A stretch of DNA of 62,950 bases, filler included, from Ministeria vibrans ATCC 50519 (taxonomy: Eukaryota; Protista; Filasterea), in assembly GCA_943704425.1 (NCBI GenBank). It is 6 parts of 6 records of this genome, joined end to end, with 100 filler letters (N's around TTAATTAATTAA, not from the genome) between each part and the next. Parts side by side here need not be neighbours in the genome. Positions count along the whole stretch, not along the records: positions 17,297 to 31,669 come from CALSCP010001009.1; positions 31,770 to 48,688 come from CALSCP010001966.1; 4 more parts are not named here. The stretch is one strand, 5' to 3'. The notes beneath the pieces were generated by a model. It saw only the letters and a list, made by a program, of their open reading frames with translations, ran no database searches and was not told the DNA's origin. Positions 22,480 to 32,904 of this stretch are shown piece after piece; within the stretch, counting starts at the first letter, position 1, and each line of letters opens with the position of its first letter. Position numbers and translations under genes: made by a program.

Positions 22480-24124
22480 TGATAAAGTATCCCTTGGAGT
22501 CGTCAAAAGTGCCGCCAGCAAGAACTTCAAGGGCCTTGTCGGTCGAGGCACGCTCGAGATGGTCGGTGATGCGTTCGTAGGCGCGCGCGTCAATGACGGC
22601 GGACGTGAAGGTGTCCGTTTCGTTGGGCTGGCCCACCTTGAGATCTTTGATGGCGTCGACAAGACGGTCGCGCAGCGTAGGCCAAAGTGACGCGGGTACG
22701 TAGATGCGCGAGCACGCCGAGCACTTCTGGCCCGAATACTCAAACGCCGCGCGCACTGTGCCGTTGACGACAGCGTCCATGTCCGCCGATGGGTGCACCA
22801 TGTGAAAGTTTTTGCCGCCACACTCGCCAATAAGACGTGGCCAAGTGCGGTAGCCCTCAATGTTGGCAGCAACCTGAGCCCAAAGGGTGCGGAATGTAGC
22901 GACGGAGCCGGTAAAGAGGAGTGCTGCCATGTCGGGCGACTCGGTCACTGACTTGCCAAAGAGCGGACCGTCGCTTGGCAGGAAGTTAATGACGCCGCGG
23001 GGCATGCCAGCCTCGGTCAGGATACGGAACACAAGGTAGTTGCTGAGCATAGCCGTGTCCGAAGGTTTCCATAGCACGGCGTTGCCCATGAGTGCCGGAG
23101 CGGCGGCGAGGTTGCCACCGATGGCGGTAAAATTGAAGGGCGTCACGGACGCAACGAATCCTTCGAGGGGCCGGTATTGCATGCGGTTCCACGTGGCCGA
23201 GGGTGAGTCGTGAGCGGGCTGCTCGCTGTACAGCTGCTGTGCGTAGTAGGCGCCAAAACGGAAAAAATCTACAAGTTCGCAGGTGGCGTCCACCTCGGCC
23301 TGGATGAGTGTCTTGGCCTGGCCCGCCATGGTTGTCGCGAGCAGTTCCGGGCGGTACTTGGTAGCAGCAAGGTCGGCAGCGCGCAAGAGAATCGCCGCGC
23401 GATGCTCCCAGCCCATCGCCTCCCACTCGCGTCGCGCCTCCAGCGACTTGGCGATGGCCTTGGCGACGAGCGCTTCGTCAGCACGATGGAACACCGCGAT
23501 GGAGCGCTCGTGGTCGCTGGGCATGCGCTGCGACATAACACTACACATGAAACAAAGAAGGCCCGACGTCCCGGTCAGTGCGACGGCTGCGTGTCGCCAT
23601 GGGGGGGGGCGCGAGGGCGTGCGATTGAGATAGACAAGAAAACGAAAACGTCATGGGCGCATATCGCACGCAATTGGGAATGGGATGGTGCGCAGAGGAC
23701 GCGACAGATGTGGGTTCACTGTGGGTTGCTGTCTGGGGGTGACGGCATTGCAAACACAGGGGGTCCTTCGCGATTGAGTGGGATGACAACAAACAAAAAA
23801 AATTTTTTTTTTCCACACGACTCCGTGAAATGAAACAACGCCAAAAACGTACTCTCCAGTGAATATTTCCTCGCCACCCACGACACACGGGATATCGGCA
23901 GGATTTCCGTGGATGATCCGGTCGTACGCAGCCAGTGCGCCCGTTAGTTCGGCACTACAGCGCAACGCACAGTGTGAGTCTCCTTCCTTTGTCGTTTTTG
24001 CGTACCTGCCGGGCATAAACGTCCCCATCGGCTCGTTCGGCGGCTTGGCCAGCATCGAGCGAGCACCGCCCGTGTGTGAATGGCGTACACGGCTGACAAT
24101 GTTCAGGAAAGGTCGGAAGCGCAT
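22480..24124 (-). CDS. ALDH4A1: Delta-1-pyrroline-5-carboxylate dehydrogenase, mitochondrial; C-terminal exons missing
   Basis: PPNEP, QAKTLIQAEVDATCELVDFFRF, YRPLEGFV, PFNFTAIGGNL, WKPSD, FTGS, GECGGKNFH, AFEYSGQKCSACSR; ends at SKGYFI followed by a GTAAGT donor. Confidence 0.95.
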
Positions 24125-24382
24125 TACGAATGAGAATAATAATAAGAATAATTATTATTATTAATAAGACGTCTGATTTTGTGCCATGACTCATTGTCTC
24201 ATTGTGAGGGAAAGTTCAGACACAAGTTGAAGACTACGCGACGGAGATGTTAGGCTGAGTGATTAGTGATACTTGAGGTGAACATGCGAGTAATGAGACC
24301 ACTCTCGACCGCTCTTCAGAGTTCGATCTGCAGATCTGATAAGTAGAAGAGGGAGTTTAATTTTTATTTATCACAATAGTTA

Positions 24383-25552
24383 ATGCTTCACGGCGCAACA
24401 ATTGGCGACCGCGTCAGCGTGGTGCGAAAGGGCTACAAAGGAACAGTACGCTACGTCGGCCCCGGTCCAGGGGGCTCCTCAATTGTGGTAGGATGGGAGA
24501 GGACAGATTTGTTGTCCCTGACAACGAACAACACTCTTCTCCAGATTGGCGTTGCACTCGACGAGGCCTGTGGCCAACACAACGGCACTGTGCATGGTCG
24601 AGAATACTTTCAGTGCAAAGCACGCCACGGCATTCTAGTGGCTCCGCGCGAGCTGACACGGGCGCCGCAGATCAATCCACACGCGCGGGGTTCGACTCAG
24701 GCGCACCGTCACGTCGACGAGTCGCTCTTTGGCACAAGACCTCGCCGCCGTGCTGCTCATGATGAGCATGTGCAGTCGTGGCGTAAGAATGCAACGGTCA
24801 GGGCGGATCGGGGTATTCTGGAGCACGGGCGAGCGTTTGTGACGGCTGAGTTCGCCACTCGCGTCTCAGGAAGAACAATCCTTGCGCATGAGGACCCTGA
24901 TGGATCAGATAGCCATGGTGTAACCCGCGTGGTCTCTGATCATGAGCCTTTGCGTACGCGTGCGGGACGCAAAGAGAGTCCGGCGGTGCTGTTTGCTGAT
25001 GCGCGCTACATGAACAAGCCTGGTCAGGCGACGACACAACACACTCGTGGACAAATGCCCACTGCTGCACGGACATCTGTTCGACACGTAATGCCGCGTA
25101 CGACGTTTACTCATGCAGCCGGTGCCTCGACGTCGCAGCATCACCAATCGCTATCGACGACGCACGCGTACGATCGCTCTTCGCGACGTCTATGTCACGC
25201 ATATGATCATTGCGAGATTGTTGAACCAATTCCTTCGGAGCGATGGTGCGCAGTGAGTGACAGCTCACCAATCCCCAGCGATCTACGCATGCCCCCTCGG
25301 CACATGCGCAGTTATGATTGGTGTGGAGATCCACCAACGCCCACAGGAACGCATCACGTCACCACCACCATCCCCTCCTCGAAGATGACTTCTAAGAAGC
25401 GCGAAAGGGAGTTTTTACATCATGTCGGAATGGTGCGCAAAGACCGGCGCGGCCCACACGCCAATCCGCCAGTCGAGATTCAACGCCACTCGCGCCCCCT
25501 CTCTCATTCTATCGTCCCCGCTCCCATTGCGCCTTCTCTCCTTGATCTGTAA
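24383..25552 (+). CDS. CAP-Gly domain protein with a long disordered basic tail (probable small in-frame intron ~24487-24545)
   Basis: IGDRV...GTVRYVG...IGVALDEACGQHNGTVHGREYFQCKARHGILV is a CAP-Gly domain; VDESLFG motif follows. Confidence 0.85.
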   Translation: MLHGATIGDRVSVVRKGYKGTVRYVGPGPGGSSIVVGWERTDLLSLTTNNTLLQIGVALDEACGQHNGTVHGREYFQCKARHGILVAPRELTRAPQINPHARGSTQAHRHVDESLFGTRPRRRAAHDEHVQSWRKNATVRADRGILEHGRAFVTAEFATRVSGRTILAHEDPDGSDSHGVTRVVSDHEPLRTRAGRKESPAVLFADARYMNKPGQATTQHTRGQMPTAARTSVRHVMPRTTFTHAAGASTSQHHQSLSTTHAYDRSSRRLCHAYDHCEIVEPIPSERWCAVSDSSPIPSDLRMPPRHMRSYDWCGDPPTPTGTHHVTTTIPSSKMTSKKREREFLHHVGMVRKDRRGPHANPPVEIQRHSRPLSHSIVPAPIAPSLLDL

Positions 25553-25627
25553 TTTATTTCAACTTTTGTACTACTATAGAAGAATATATTCAAATTTGTT
25601 TTGTTGTTGTGTAACTATTCTTTCGCA

Positions 25628-26343
25628 ATGCTTCGCTCTGCATTGCGTGTTGGATCGCTGGGTGCGCGCTGTGTGCGTGCGAGTCCCCCTAGAGCCCTGA
25701 CGGCTGTGTCCCAAAGACGGTATGTGCAGCTCACGACTGCGCCTGCTCTCCGCCCGCTTGCCTTACCCGCTGTCCTGTGCAGGTCGGTACATCAATCGAG
25801 CGTCCAGTGCGACGGCGAAGAGCCCGTCCCTTCGCCGGCTTCAGCGACCTTCGATCCCCACTCGAGAGTCGCCAAGATTGTCGATGAGATTGGCAAGCTG
25901 AACCTGCTGGAGGTACGCCGAGCCCCTTTCTGTCGTCTCGTGTGACTGCCTTCGACCATCTTGCGCCTCGTGCATGTCGCCAAAGCCCTGAGTTTTTTTT
26001 TTCTCGCAAGGCAACTGAACAAAAGCCAAAAACTCGCATTTTTTTTTTTTGGGTCTTTGTGCCAATCGCACCTCCGCATTGCCAAGGGGTGTGCGGCCTG
26101 CCCATAGCGGCCTATGTGCCTGGATGATCCTCTGTGCGCGTCGCTGATCTACGCTGCGTTGCGTTGCAATGGCCTGTCACAATGAGAGTCGCGTTGATCT
26201 CTCACACGCTCACCTTGCTCTCGCTCTCTCGGAGCGTCTGCGGTGCGCTTGCTCGCCGCTCGCTGGTCCTGGCGCGTGTTTGCGCCTGTGAGCGCGCGAC
26301 ATGTTGCGTGACGGTTCGCGTTGGCTTTTCTAATGCGATGTGA

Positions 26344-26384
<41 letters not shown>

Positions 26385-26518
26385 TCATTCAGGTGAGAGA
26401 TTTGAACGCGCTTCTCAAAGAGCGCTTCAACATTGCGGATGCGCCGGTGATGATGGCGGGCGGCGGCGGAATGGGTGGCGGCATGGCTGCGGGCGGAGGT
26501 GCACAGGAAGAAGAAGTG
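25628..26518 (+). CDS. MRPL12: Mitochondrial ribosomal protein L12, N-terminal exons only
   Basis: Arg-rich presequence, RVAKIVDEIGKLNLLE|VRDLNALLKERFNI, Gly/Ala hinge, EEEV, then a GT donor. No L7/L12 C-terminal domain downstream. Confidence 0.85.
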
Positions 26519-27085
26519 GTACGGTGATGCGAGAGGGTGATTTTGTGACGATTCAGTCGGGCGTTCTAAATTGATTGGGGGGGGGTGGTGTTTTTTTTTT
26601 TTTTTTTTTTTCGTTGATGGCGCGTCATTCGCTTGTCCGTGTGTGTTCCGGGTGCCAGTGCGTCCTGGACGCACACACTCCCACGGCGCATGTCAAGGTT
26701 CCTCTGCGACGCGCTGCTTGTATATGCGATTTCGAGTAGTTGAGACGTTTTGTGGAGAAAGAAAAAAAAATCGAGCCTGTCCGTTTTGTCTGTCAATGGT
26801 GATTAAAACGACGCAAAGGGCGGCGAGGGCAGGACGACGGACGGGTCGTGGGGAGGCCGGGGTGTTGTGCGGGGTGGCGTTCGTGTGGCGCCAGCGTCTA
26901 CAGTGCGTCTGCACTTGTTAAAAACAGGATTTCGTGTTGAAAAACCGGTTTTTTTGAAACATTTTTGTGCGTTTGTCAACGCACTGCCCATTTTATTTTT
27001 CTCTGCTTCGTCTGCATCAGTATTTTTTTTTCTTGTTTACCTGTCGACTTGTGCGAGTGTGTGTATCATGCGTCAACTCACAGCC

Positions 27086-27763
27086 ATGGGTTCGTTTCAA
27101 CAGGAGGGACAACAACCACAACAAGGCGAGCCTGTGGCCATGTTCAAGCTTGTGCTTGTCGGCGACGGCGGCACTGGCAAGACGACCTTTGTGAAGCGTC
27201 ATCAGACTGGAGAGTTTGAGAAGCGATACATTGCGACACTGGGTGTCGAAGTGCATCCCTTGGACTTCCACACGAACCACGGACCGATCCGCTTCAACGT
27301 GTGGGACACGGCAGGACAGGAGAAGTTTGGCGGTCTTCGCGACGGCTACTACATCCAGGGCCAGTGTGCGATCATCATGTTCGACGTGATGGCACGCGTC
27401 ACGTACAAGAACGTGCCGCAGTGGCACCGCGACCTGGTGCGCGTGTGCGAGGGCATTCCCATTGTGCTGTGTGGCAACAAGGTGGACATTAAGGACCGCA
27501 AGGTGAAGCCCAAGAGCATCAACTTCCACCGCAAGAAGAACCTGCAGTACTACGACATCAGCGCCAAGAGCAACTACAACTTTGAGAAGCCCTTCCTGTA
27601 CCTGGCGCGCAAGCTCGTCGGCGACCCCAAACTTGAGTTTGTCGCCATGCCCGCCCTCATGCCCGCCGAGGTCCAGCTCGACCCCGAACTCATTGCCCAG
27701 TACGACGCTGAGCTTCAGCAGGCCCAGAACACCCCGCTCCCCGACGACGACGAGGACTTTTAA
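27086..27763 (+). CDS. RAN: Ran GTPase (start may lie in a missing upstream exon; acceptor at 27102-03)
   Basis: [63 protein letters not shown], acidic tail LPDDDEDF. Confidence 0.99.
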   Translation: MGSFQQEGQQPQQGEPVAMFKLVLVGDGGTGKTTFVKRHQTGEFEKRYIATLGVEVHPLDFHTNHGPIRFNVWDTAGQEKFGGLRDGYYIQGQCAIIMFDVMARVTYKNVPQWHRDLVRVCEGIPIVLCGNKVDIKDRKVKPKSINFHRKKNLQYYDISAKSNYNFEKPFLYLARKLVGDPKLEFVAMPALMPAEVQLDPELIAQYDAELQQAQNTPLPDDDEDF

Positions 27764-28067
27764 ATACACTTTTTTTTCTTCTTTTTCCAACAATTATTTG
27801 TGCCAGTAATCGTGCAAAGAGTACACGAGTAGAGTGGTTTGGGCTGACATCATTCGAACTCCTCTTTCTTTATTGATTTCATTTCTTTCTCTCGCAACTG
27901 GTCCGGCCCGGTCGAGCGTTTTTAGAATTCTGTATGATTATAATATAGTGAACAATAAGATAATAAGTTTGTGCTATCGAAATAATAAAAATAATAATAA
28001 TATCATTGTGTTGTTCTATTGTACTTTTTTTTTCTTTGATGAGAAGAGGCAAACAAACAAAGGGGGA

Positions 28068-29970
28068 TTAGTCGGATTTTTTCTTTGTGTTTTGTTGAGA
28101 AATGGAAATGAGCGAGTCGACAAGAAGAGCGCCAATGACAAGGAAAATGCCAAGCCACTGGTGAGGGAGGACAACGTGGGCGTAGAGGAGAACGGAGAAG
28201 AGAACGGTAAAGAATTTGCGGGTGGTCGTAACGATGCTGAGGCGCAGCGGGGAGAAGCGCACGACGGTCAGGAAGACAAAAACCTGTCCGCATGCGGAGG
28301 TGAGGCCGTACAGGAGAACGTCGGTGAGCGCAGAGGGGTGGCGCTGCACAAACGCAATGGTCACGGGCAGTTCGTCGTGGTACACAACGACTACGAAAGG
28401 GAGTTAGAGGTGAGACGCAAAAGAAAGAGAGAGAGAGAAAGGAGGGGGAAAAGAAACAAAATGATAGAGAGAGAAAGGAGGGGGAAAGAAACAACGTGAT
28501 AGAGAGAGAAAGAAACAAAGTGATAGAGAGAGAGAGAGAGAAAAAGGAGGGAGAAAGAAACAAAGTGATAGAGAGAAAGAAACAAAGTGATAGAGAGAGA
28601 GAGAGGGAGAGAGAGGAGGGGGAAAGAAACAAAGTGAAAGAGAGAGAGAAAAAAAAAGTGATGGAACGTACAGATTGCAAGGTAGAACATGGCGTAGAAG
28701 TTGGTGTAGAACATGAGCTGACGGGAGGTGGCGTGGTAGAGACGCTTCATGGCGGTCTGTTGGGGCCCTGTAATGCCATCGCACACGAGCGACAGAGTGA
28801 GCCACATGGCTCCCGGACCCACGGCACTTTGCAGCATTGACGCGACACTCGAGCTGTCCAGTGTGCCCATGGCCGAGAAGAAGTTGTTCACGTGCTCCAT
28901 GTCCTGTGTAGAGTAGTGAGTCACAAGTCACACTCCATTTCCTGTGTATCGTCTCGTACCAGGGCCTCCTTGTAGCTGAAGAGTGCAATGCCGAGGCACA
29001 TGAAGAGCACGCAAACGTAGCGGGTCAACGGATGTCTGGTGCCCGTCACAAGCACACCAAAAAGCATCACTACAATAATCGACAATAAATATCATTATTC
29101 TCGCATCGAGAGTCTTGCGACTTGTGTAAACAACGCTTGAGGAGGAGAGGGTGACGTTGTTATTGTTACCAGGAATGGGTTTGCACGACTTGGCAAGCAC
29201 TTGTGTGGGGTAGGACACATAGTTGAGAGCGAGATTACTTGTGGTCATGGCACACAAGTAGGAGGCGGAGCAACACAAATGCCGCCAAATGGGTGTGCCA
29301 TCGGACTTGTCGCCCCATAGTTTCATCACTACAACATTAATGAAGAGGAGGAGAGGAGGTAAAGAAACGACACATGCAATGAAGGTACGACCGACGTACA
29401 AAGGAAGGCGACGATCGCATTGACAATGCACATGACGAGCAATGAGATCATTTTACTGGGAAAGATCTCCTTGTCTTCACCATAGCCAGCCTTGGTCCTA
29501 AGCGGCACCACAAAGATGGAACGAGCGAGAAATGGGAATGAGCGGTTTGCGAGTCTTCCATTTTCGAGCCCCTTCCCCCCCTGGCCCAACCAGACACGCT
29601 TGCGTGTGCTGCTGAGCACTGCAAACAATTTAATGCCCATAGGGAAGCAGACTGGGCCGCGTGGGGTGCGATTTAGGGGGCAATCGGCCTCGATCAACGT
29701 GGCCCGTCCAACGGGTCATGCTGTGCTCCAGAAATTGCCACCGCCATCACCCTCTTGCGGCCTCCTGCGGCCATTTCTTGCCTTCCCCGTGCTGCTTACA
29801 TGCGTTCCTGTATGTATCCCAGCGTGATGTAGAACACATAGATGCCAGAGGCGCAGAAGAGCAACATGCCAGCATTGCTTTGGCTGTCACTCTACAAACA
29901 CGCATTTCAGACGATGCTGATCACCCTGCAGCGTTCGAACCTGCGCTTCTTTCTTATGGTTGGGCGCCAT
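28068..29970 (-). CDS. SLC35B1: UAA-family nucleotide-sugar transporter (SLC35B1/HUT1-like), multi-exon
   Basis: SNLALNYVSYPTQVLAKSCKPIP, SLVCDGITGPQQ, LMFYTNFY, GQVFVFLTV..FSPL..SIVTTTRKFFTVL; ER-retrieval-like KKSD C-terminus. Confidence 0.88.
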
Positions 29971-30432
29971 GGTGGGTCAGAGAAAAACCGAGTATAAAGA
30001 TAAAAAAGATTAATCATTCAAAAAACGTAATAATTATAGTTTTCGTTCAGATCACGTCCACTTGCATAGGGATAAGGTAACAACTTAACAAATAATGTCT
30101 TGTGAACAATTTAACGACTAACGTCTGATCGCCAGTGGGTATTGATCGGCTCTCGCAAGTTCGCAACCAAGCAAGGTTGAAAGAAAGTATAAATTTTACT
30201 CAAGGGAAATGAATGGGAAAATTAAAAACAATGCAATGAAGAGTATTACAATAATTCCGCCATAGCTCAATAAGCCCATAGGGTGGTCCCAAGTACATGG
30301 AGCGCACATAAGCGGCACCCTATTGATATTTCAATTTCATTTCAATTCCAAAACAATTCAGTCAATTTTCTTGCATCTTATCCACACTGCAATAACTTAT
30401 CCCCGGTTTTGCTATTAAACGCTTCTCAGACC

Positions 30433-31458
30433 TCAGTGACATTTAAGGTGCATAAAAAAGAACAATGGCACTACCACAAAAAAAACGAGTGGAATGAGAG
30501 TCAGAATCATCAAGGGCTGGTAACCGGCACAGGCGCCCTGGTCGCACAGCAGAGTCTGTGCCAAAGTGACGGCCGGCCAGGCAAAAAAGACAAGCTCTTC
30601 AAGAAACAAATGCTCAGAGTAGAAGGAACCGAGTGCATTGAGGAGAGGGCGGCGCAGTAAAGGCGAGCGAAGGAATCGCATTATAAGACGAAGATCATCA
30701 AAGACTGGCTGCTTCCACAGAGCTCTCGTGGTGAATATCCTTACTTGATCCAGCACAAATTGTTCGGGACGGTCACTGTCACGCACAGCCTCCCACAATA
30801 TTTCCACAATCTCGACATGGCGGAAGAGCGTCGCAACCATCACGGGCTCACGGTAGTCCTCCAGCGTCAAATCCCTTGCATTTTGAAGCACAAGCTGCAG
30901 CAATGCTTGCTCATTGTATCGAGCAAAGATGCTGATCATGGCTGCCTTTTCGCGCACTCCAATGCCATTGAAAATGGCTGGGTCGGAGAGGAGATGGCGG
31001 GCGAGGGCGAAGCAGTGCTGTGCCACCGCCGATGCGTCCGACTGGGGACGCGCCGTTTCTCGCTCTATGTAGTATTGCGTCCTGTGGCAACATCGAATGA
31101 AACTACTCGCCCACTGAGGCCGGTCGGCAGCTGTATGGCCTGCGCCAAAGCAAAGCAACTGGCGAGGGATTTGCCGCGTAATCTTACCGCATCTCTCGGA
31201 AGATATTCGCAGCAAAAGCTCGTATTGGCGAATCCGCCTGATGAACTCTGGTGAGGCTGGTGGGGTCTCGTAGGTGGGGAGCGATGCATAGTACGCGTAG
31301 AGCGTTCGACCGTCATTTCCAATTGTCTTCCAACCGTCGCTGTGCGTCACAGCGAGCCACCGACTGCACGACCAACGCAGTGCAACACCCGTGTCGGCGT
31401 CGCACATAGAGAGAACATGGACGAGGAGCTCGTCCGGGAGAGAGAGAAGGAGCGGCAT
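30433..31458 (-). CDS. Intronless F-box protein with an ankyrin-like helical region and hydrophobic C-terminus
   Basis: LLSLPDELLVHVLSMCD...LRWSCSRW is an F-box; ATLFRHVEIVEILWE is ankyrin-like; PLMILTLIPLVFFVVVPLFFF is TM-like. Confidence 0.7.
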   Translation of the reverse strand: MPLLLSLPDELLVHVLSMCDADTGVALRWSCSRWLAVTHSDGWKTIGNDGRTLYAYYASLPTYETPPASPEFIRRIRQYELLLRISSERCGKITRQIPRQLLCFGAGHTAADRPQWASSFIRCCHRTQYYIERETARPQSDASAVAQHCFALARHLLSDPAIFNGIGVREKAAMISIFARYNEQALLQLVLQNARDLTLEDYREPVMVATLFRHVEIVEILWEAVRDSDRPEQFVLDQVRIFTTRALWKQPVFDDLRLIMRFLRSPLLRRPLLNALGSFYSEHLFLEELVFFAWPAVTLAQTLLCDQGACAGYQPLMILTLIPLVFFVVVPLFFFMHLKCH

Positions 31459-31560
31459 TGCTAAAATAATGTAAAAATTATTTATTATTTAATCGTCCAT
31501 TTTAATGAGTGAAGGGAGTAGAGAAGGAGATAGGTCTGGTGAGTGAGTGAGTGAGTGTCA

Positions 31561-31669
31561 TAGGCCCTCGGAATACTAGGTATCGGGCCTGAGAGCCAGA
31601 GGTATCGGTATCGGTATCGGTACTGAATTCCCGAGAACGGAGGTATTCAGTAGTACTGGTTTACTGACA
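31561..31669. mobile_element. Possible terminus of a non-autonomous DNA transposon (hAT-like), cut by the gap
   Basis: Starts TAGG, AGGCCC...GGGCCT hairpin, subterminal GGTATC repeats; located at a contig end. No second end, TSD or transposase visible. Confidence 0.35.
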
Positions 31670-31827
31670 NNNNNNNNNNNNNNNNNNNNNNNNNNNNNNN
31701 NNNNNNNNNNNNNTTAATTAATTAANNNNNNNNNNNNNNNNNNNNNNNNNNNNNNNNNNNNNNNNNNNNAGAGAGAGAAGTGATGTGTGTCAGGATGAAC
31801 TTACCTTGTTTTATGTGTGTTTGGCAG

Positions 31828-32743
31828 ACATGCAGTTGCACAGAAGCGTCAACGTGATCTCGAAGAGTACCTTCGCGCTCTTCTGGTACTTCCACCCAAA
31901 CTAGCGCGCTCCGACGTCGTCTATGGCTTCCTCACTCAGTCAAAAAACGACATTGTGGTTAAGAACAATCTGTTCAAGAAGCAGTCGACAATGGCAGCTA
32001 TTGCCGAGAAACGCCCTGCGTCACAGTCGCGTCTCTCTTCCACATCATCCGCTCTTCCGCCCCCAGCCCGTCGCCACACCACCACCACCACCATCACAGC
32101 AGCACCAGGAGGGACCGTGCCTGGCTCCACAGCAGCAGCACCAGCAGCAGCACCAAGCCGACCCGCGCCCGCTCGTGCCGGCAGCGCTCGCGCCTCCCTC
32201 CCCGCCACCACCAGTACCACCACTGCGCGCCAGCCGCCACCGCGCCCAGCCCCGCCGCCCTCGCGACCCCCTCCGCCCCGCTCCACCCGTCCTCTCGTCC
32301 ACTCTATGCCCCCTAGTCCCTCCACTCCGCTCGCCAGTGCAGACCAAGACGATGACGACGACAACGACGACGCCTTCTCCTCCTCTGAGTCCGACTTCAG
32401 TGAAGACGAGTTTGACGAGCAAGGGCGGTACGTTGGGCCCTCGTCGACGACTGCCAACTCGCCGTACACGCTCACCGTGCGCCACCAAGGAGACTCGCAG
32501 ACCATTGGCCTGCCCACCCCGGCCGCCTTCAACGCTCTCCGCCAGCTGCCCCTCCTCCGCCTCACCGTCGCCTCCCTCCTCAAGCTTCCGCCCTCCGCCT
32601 GCCTCACTCTCAGCTACGTCGACGATGACCTTGATCTCGTTGCCATTGTTGCGCAGGACGACCTTGATCTCTATTTTGAGGACCATGTTGCCCAAGACGA
32701 TCGCTGCCTTGCCTTCGAAGTCACCTCCGACGTTCCTTCCTGA
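31828..32743 (+). CDS. 3' part of a PX-(Pro-rich)-PB1 protein (p40phox/Bem1-like)
   Basis: AQKRQRDLEEYLRALLVLPPKLARSDVVYGFL is the end of a PX domain; LSYVDDDLDLVAIVAQDDLDL is the PB1 OPCA motif. Confidence 0.8.
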
Positions 32744-32904
32744 TCTTTCCTTCGTCTTGTACACCATATTTCATTAATTAAAAAGTGTGCTTGTGAAAGC
32801 AGAGCTTACAAGAGTGAATCAGAGTGATCAACTCATGATCAAGCATTCTATCTTTTATGAGATATTAAATTGTAACATATTTCAATTTTTTGTATTCATT
32901 CAAT

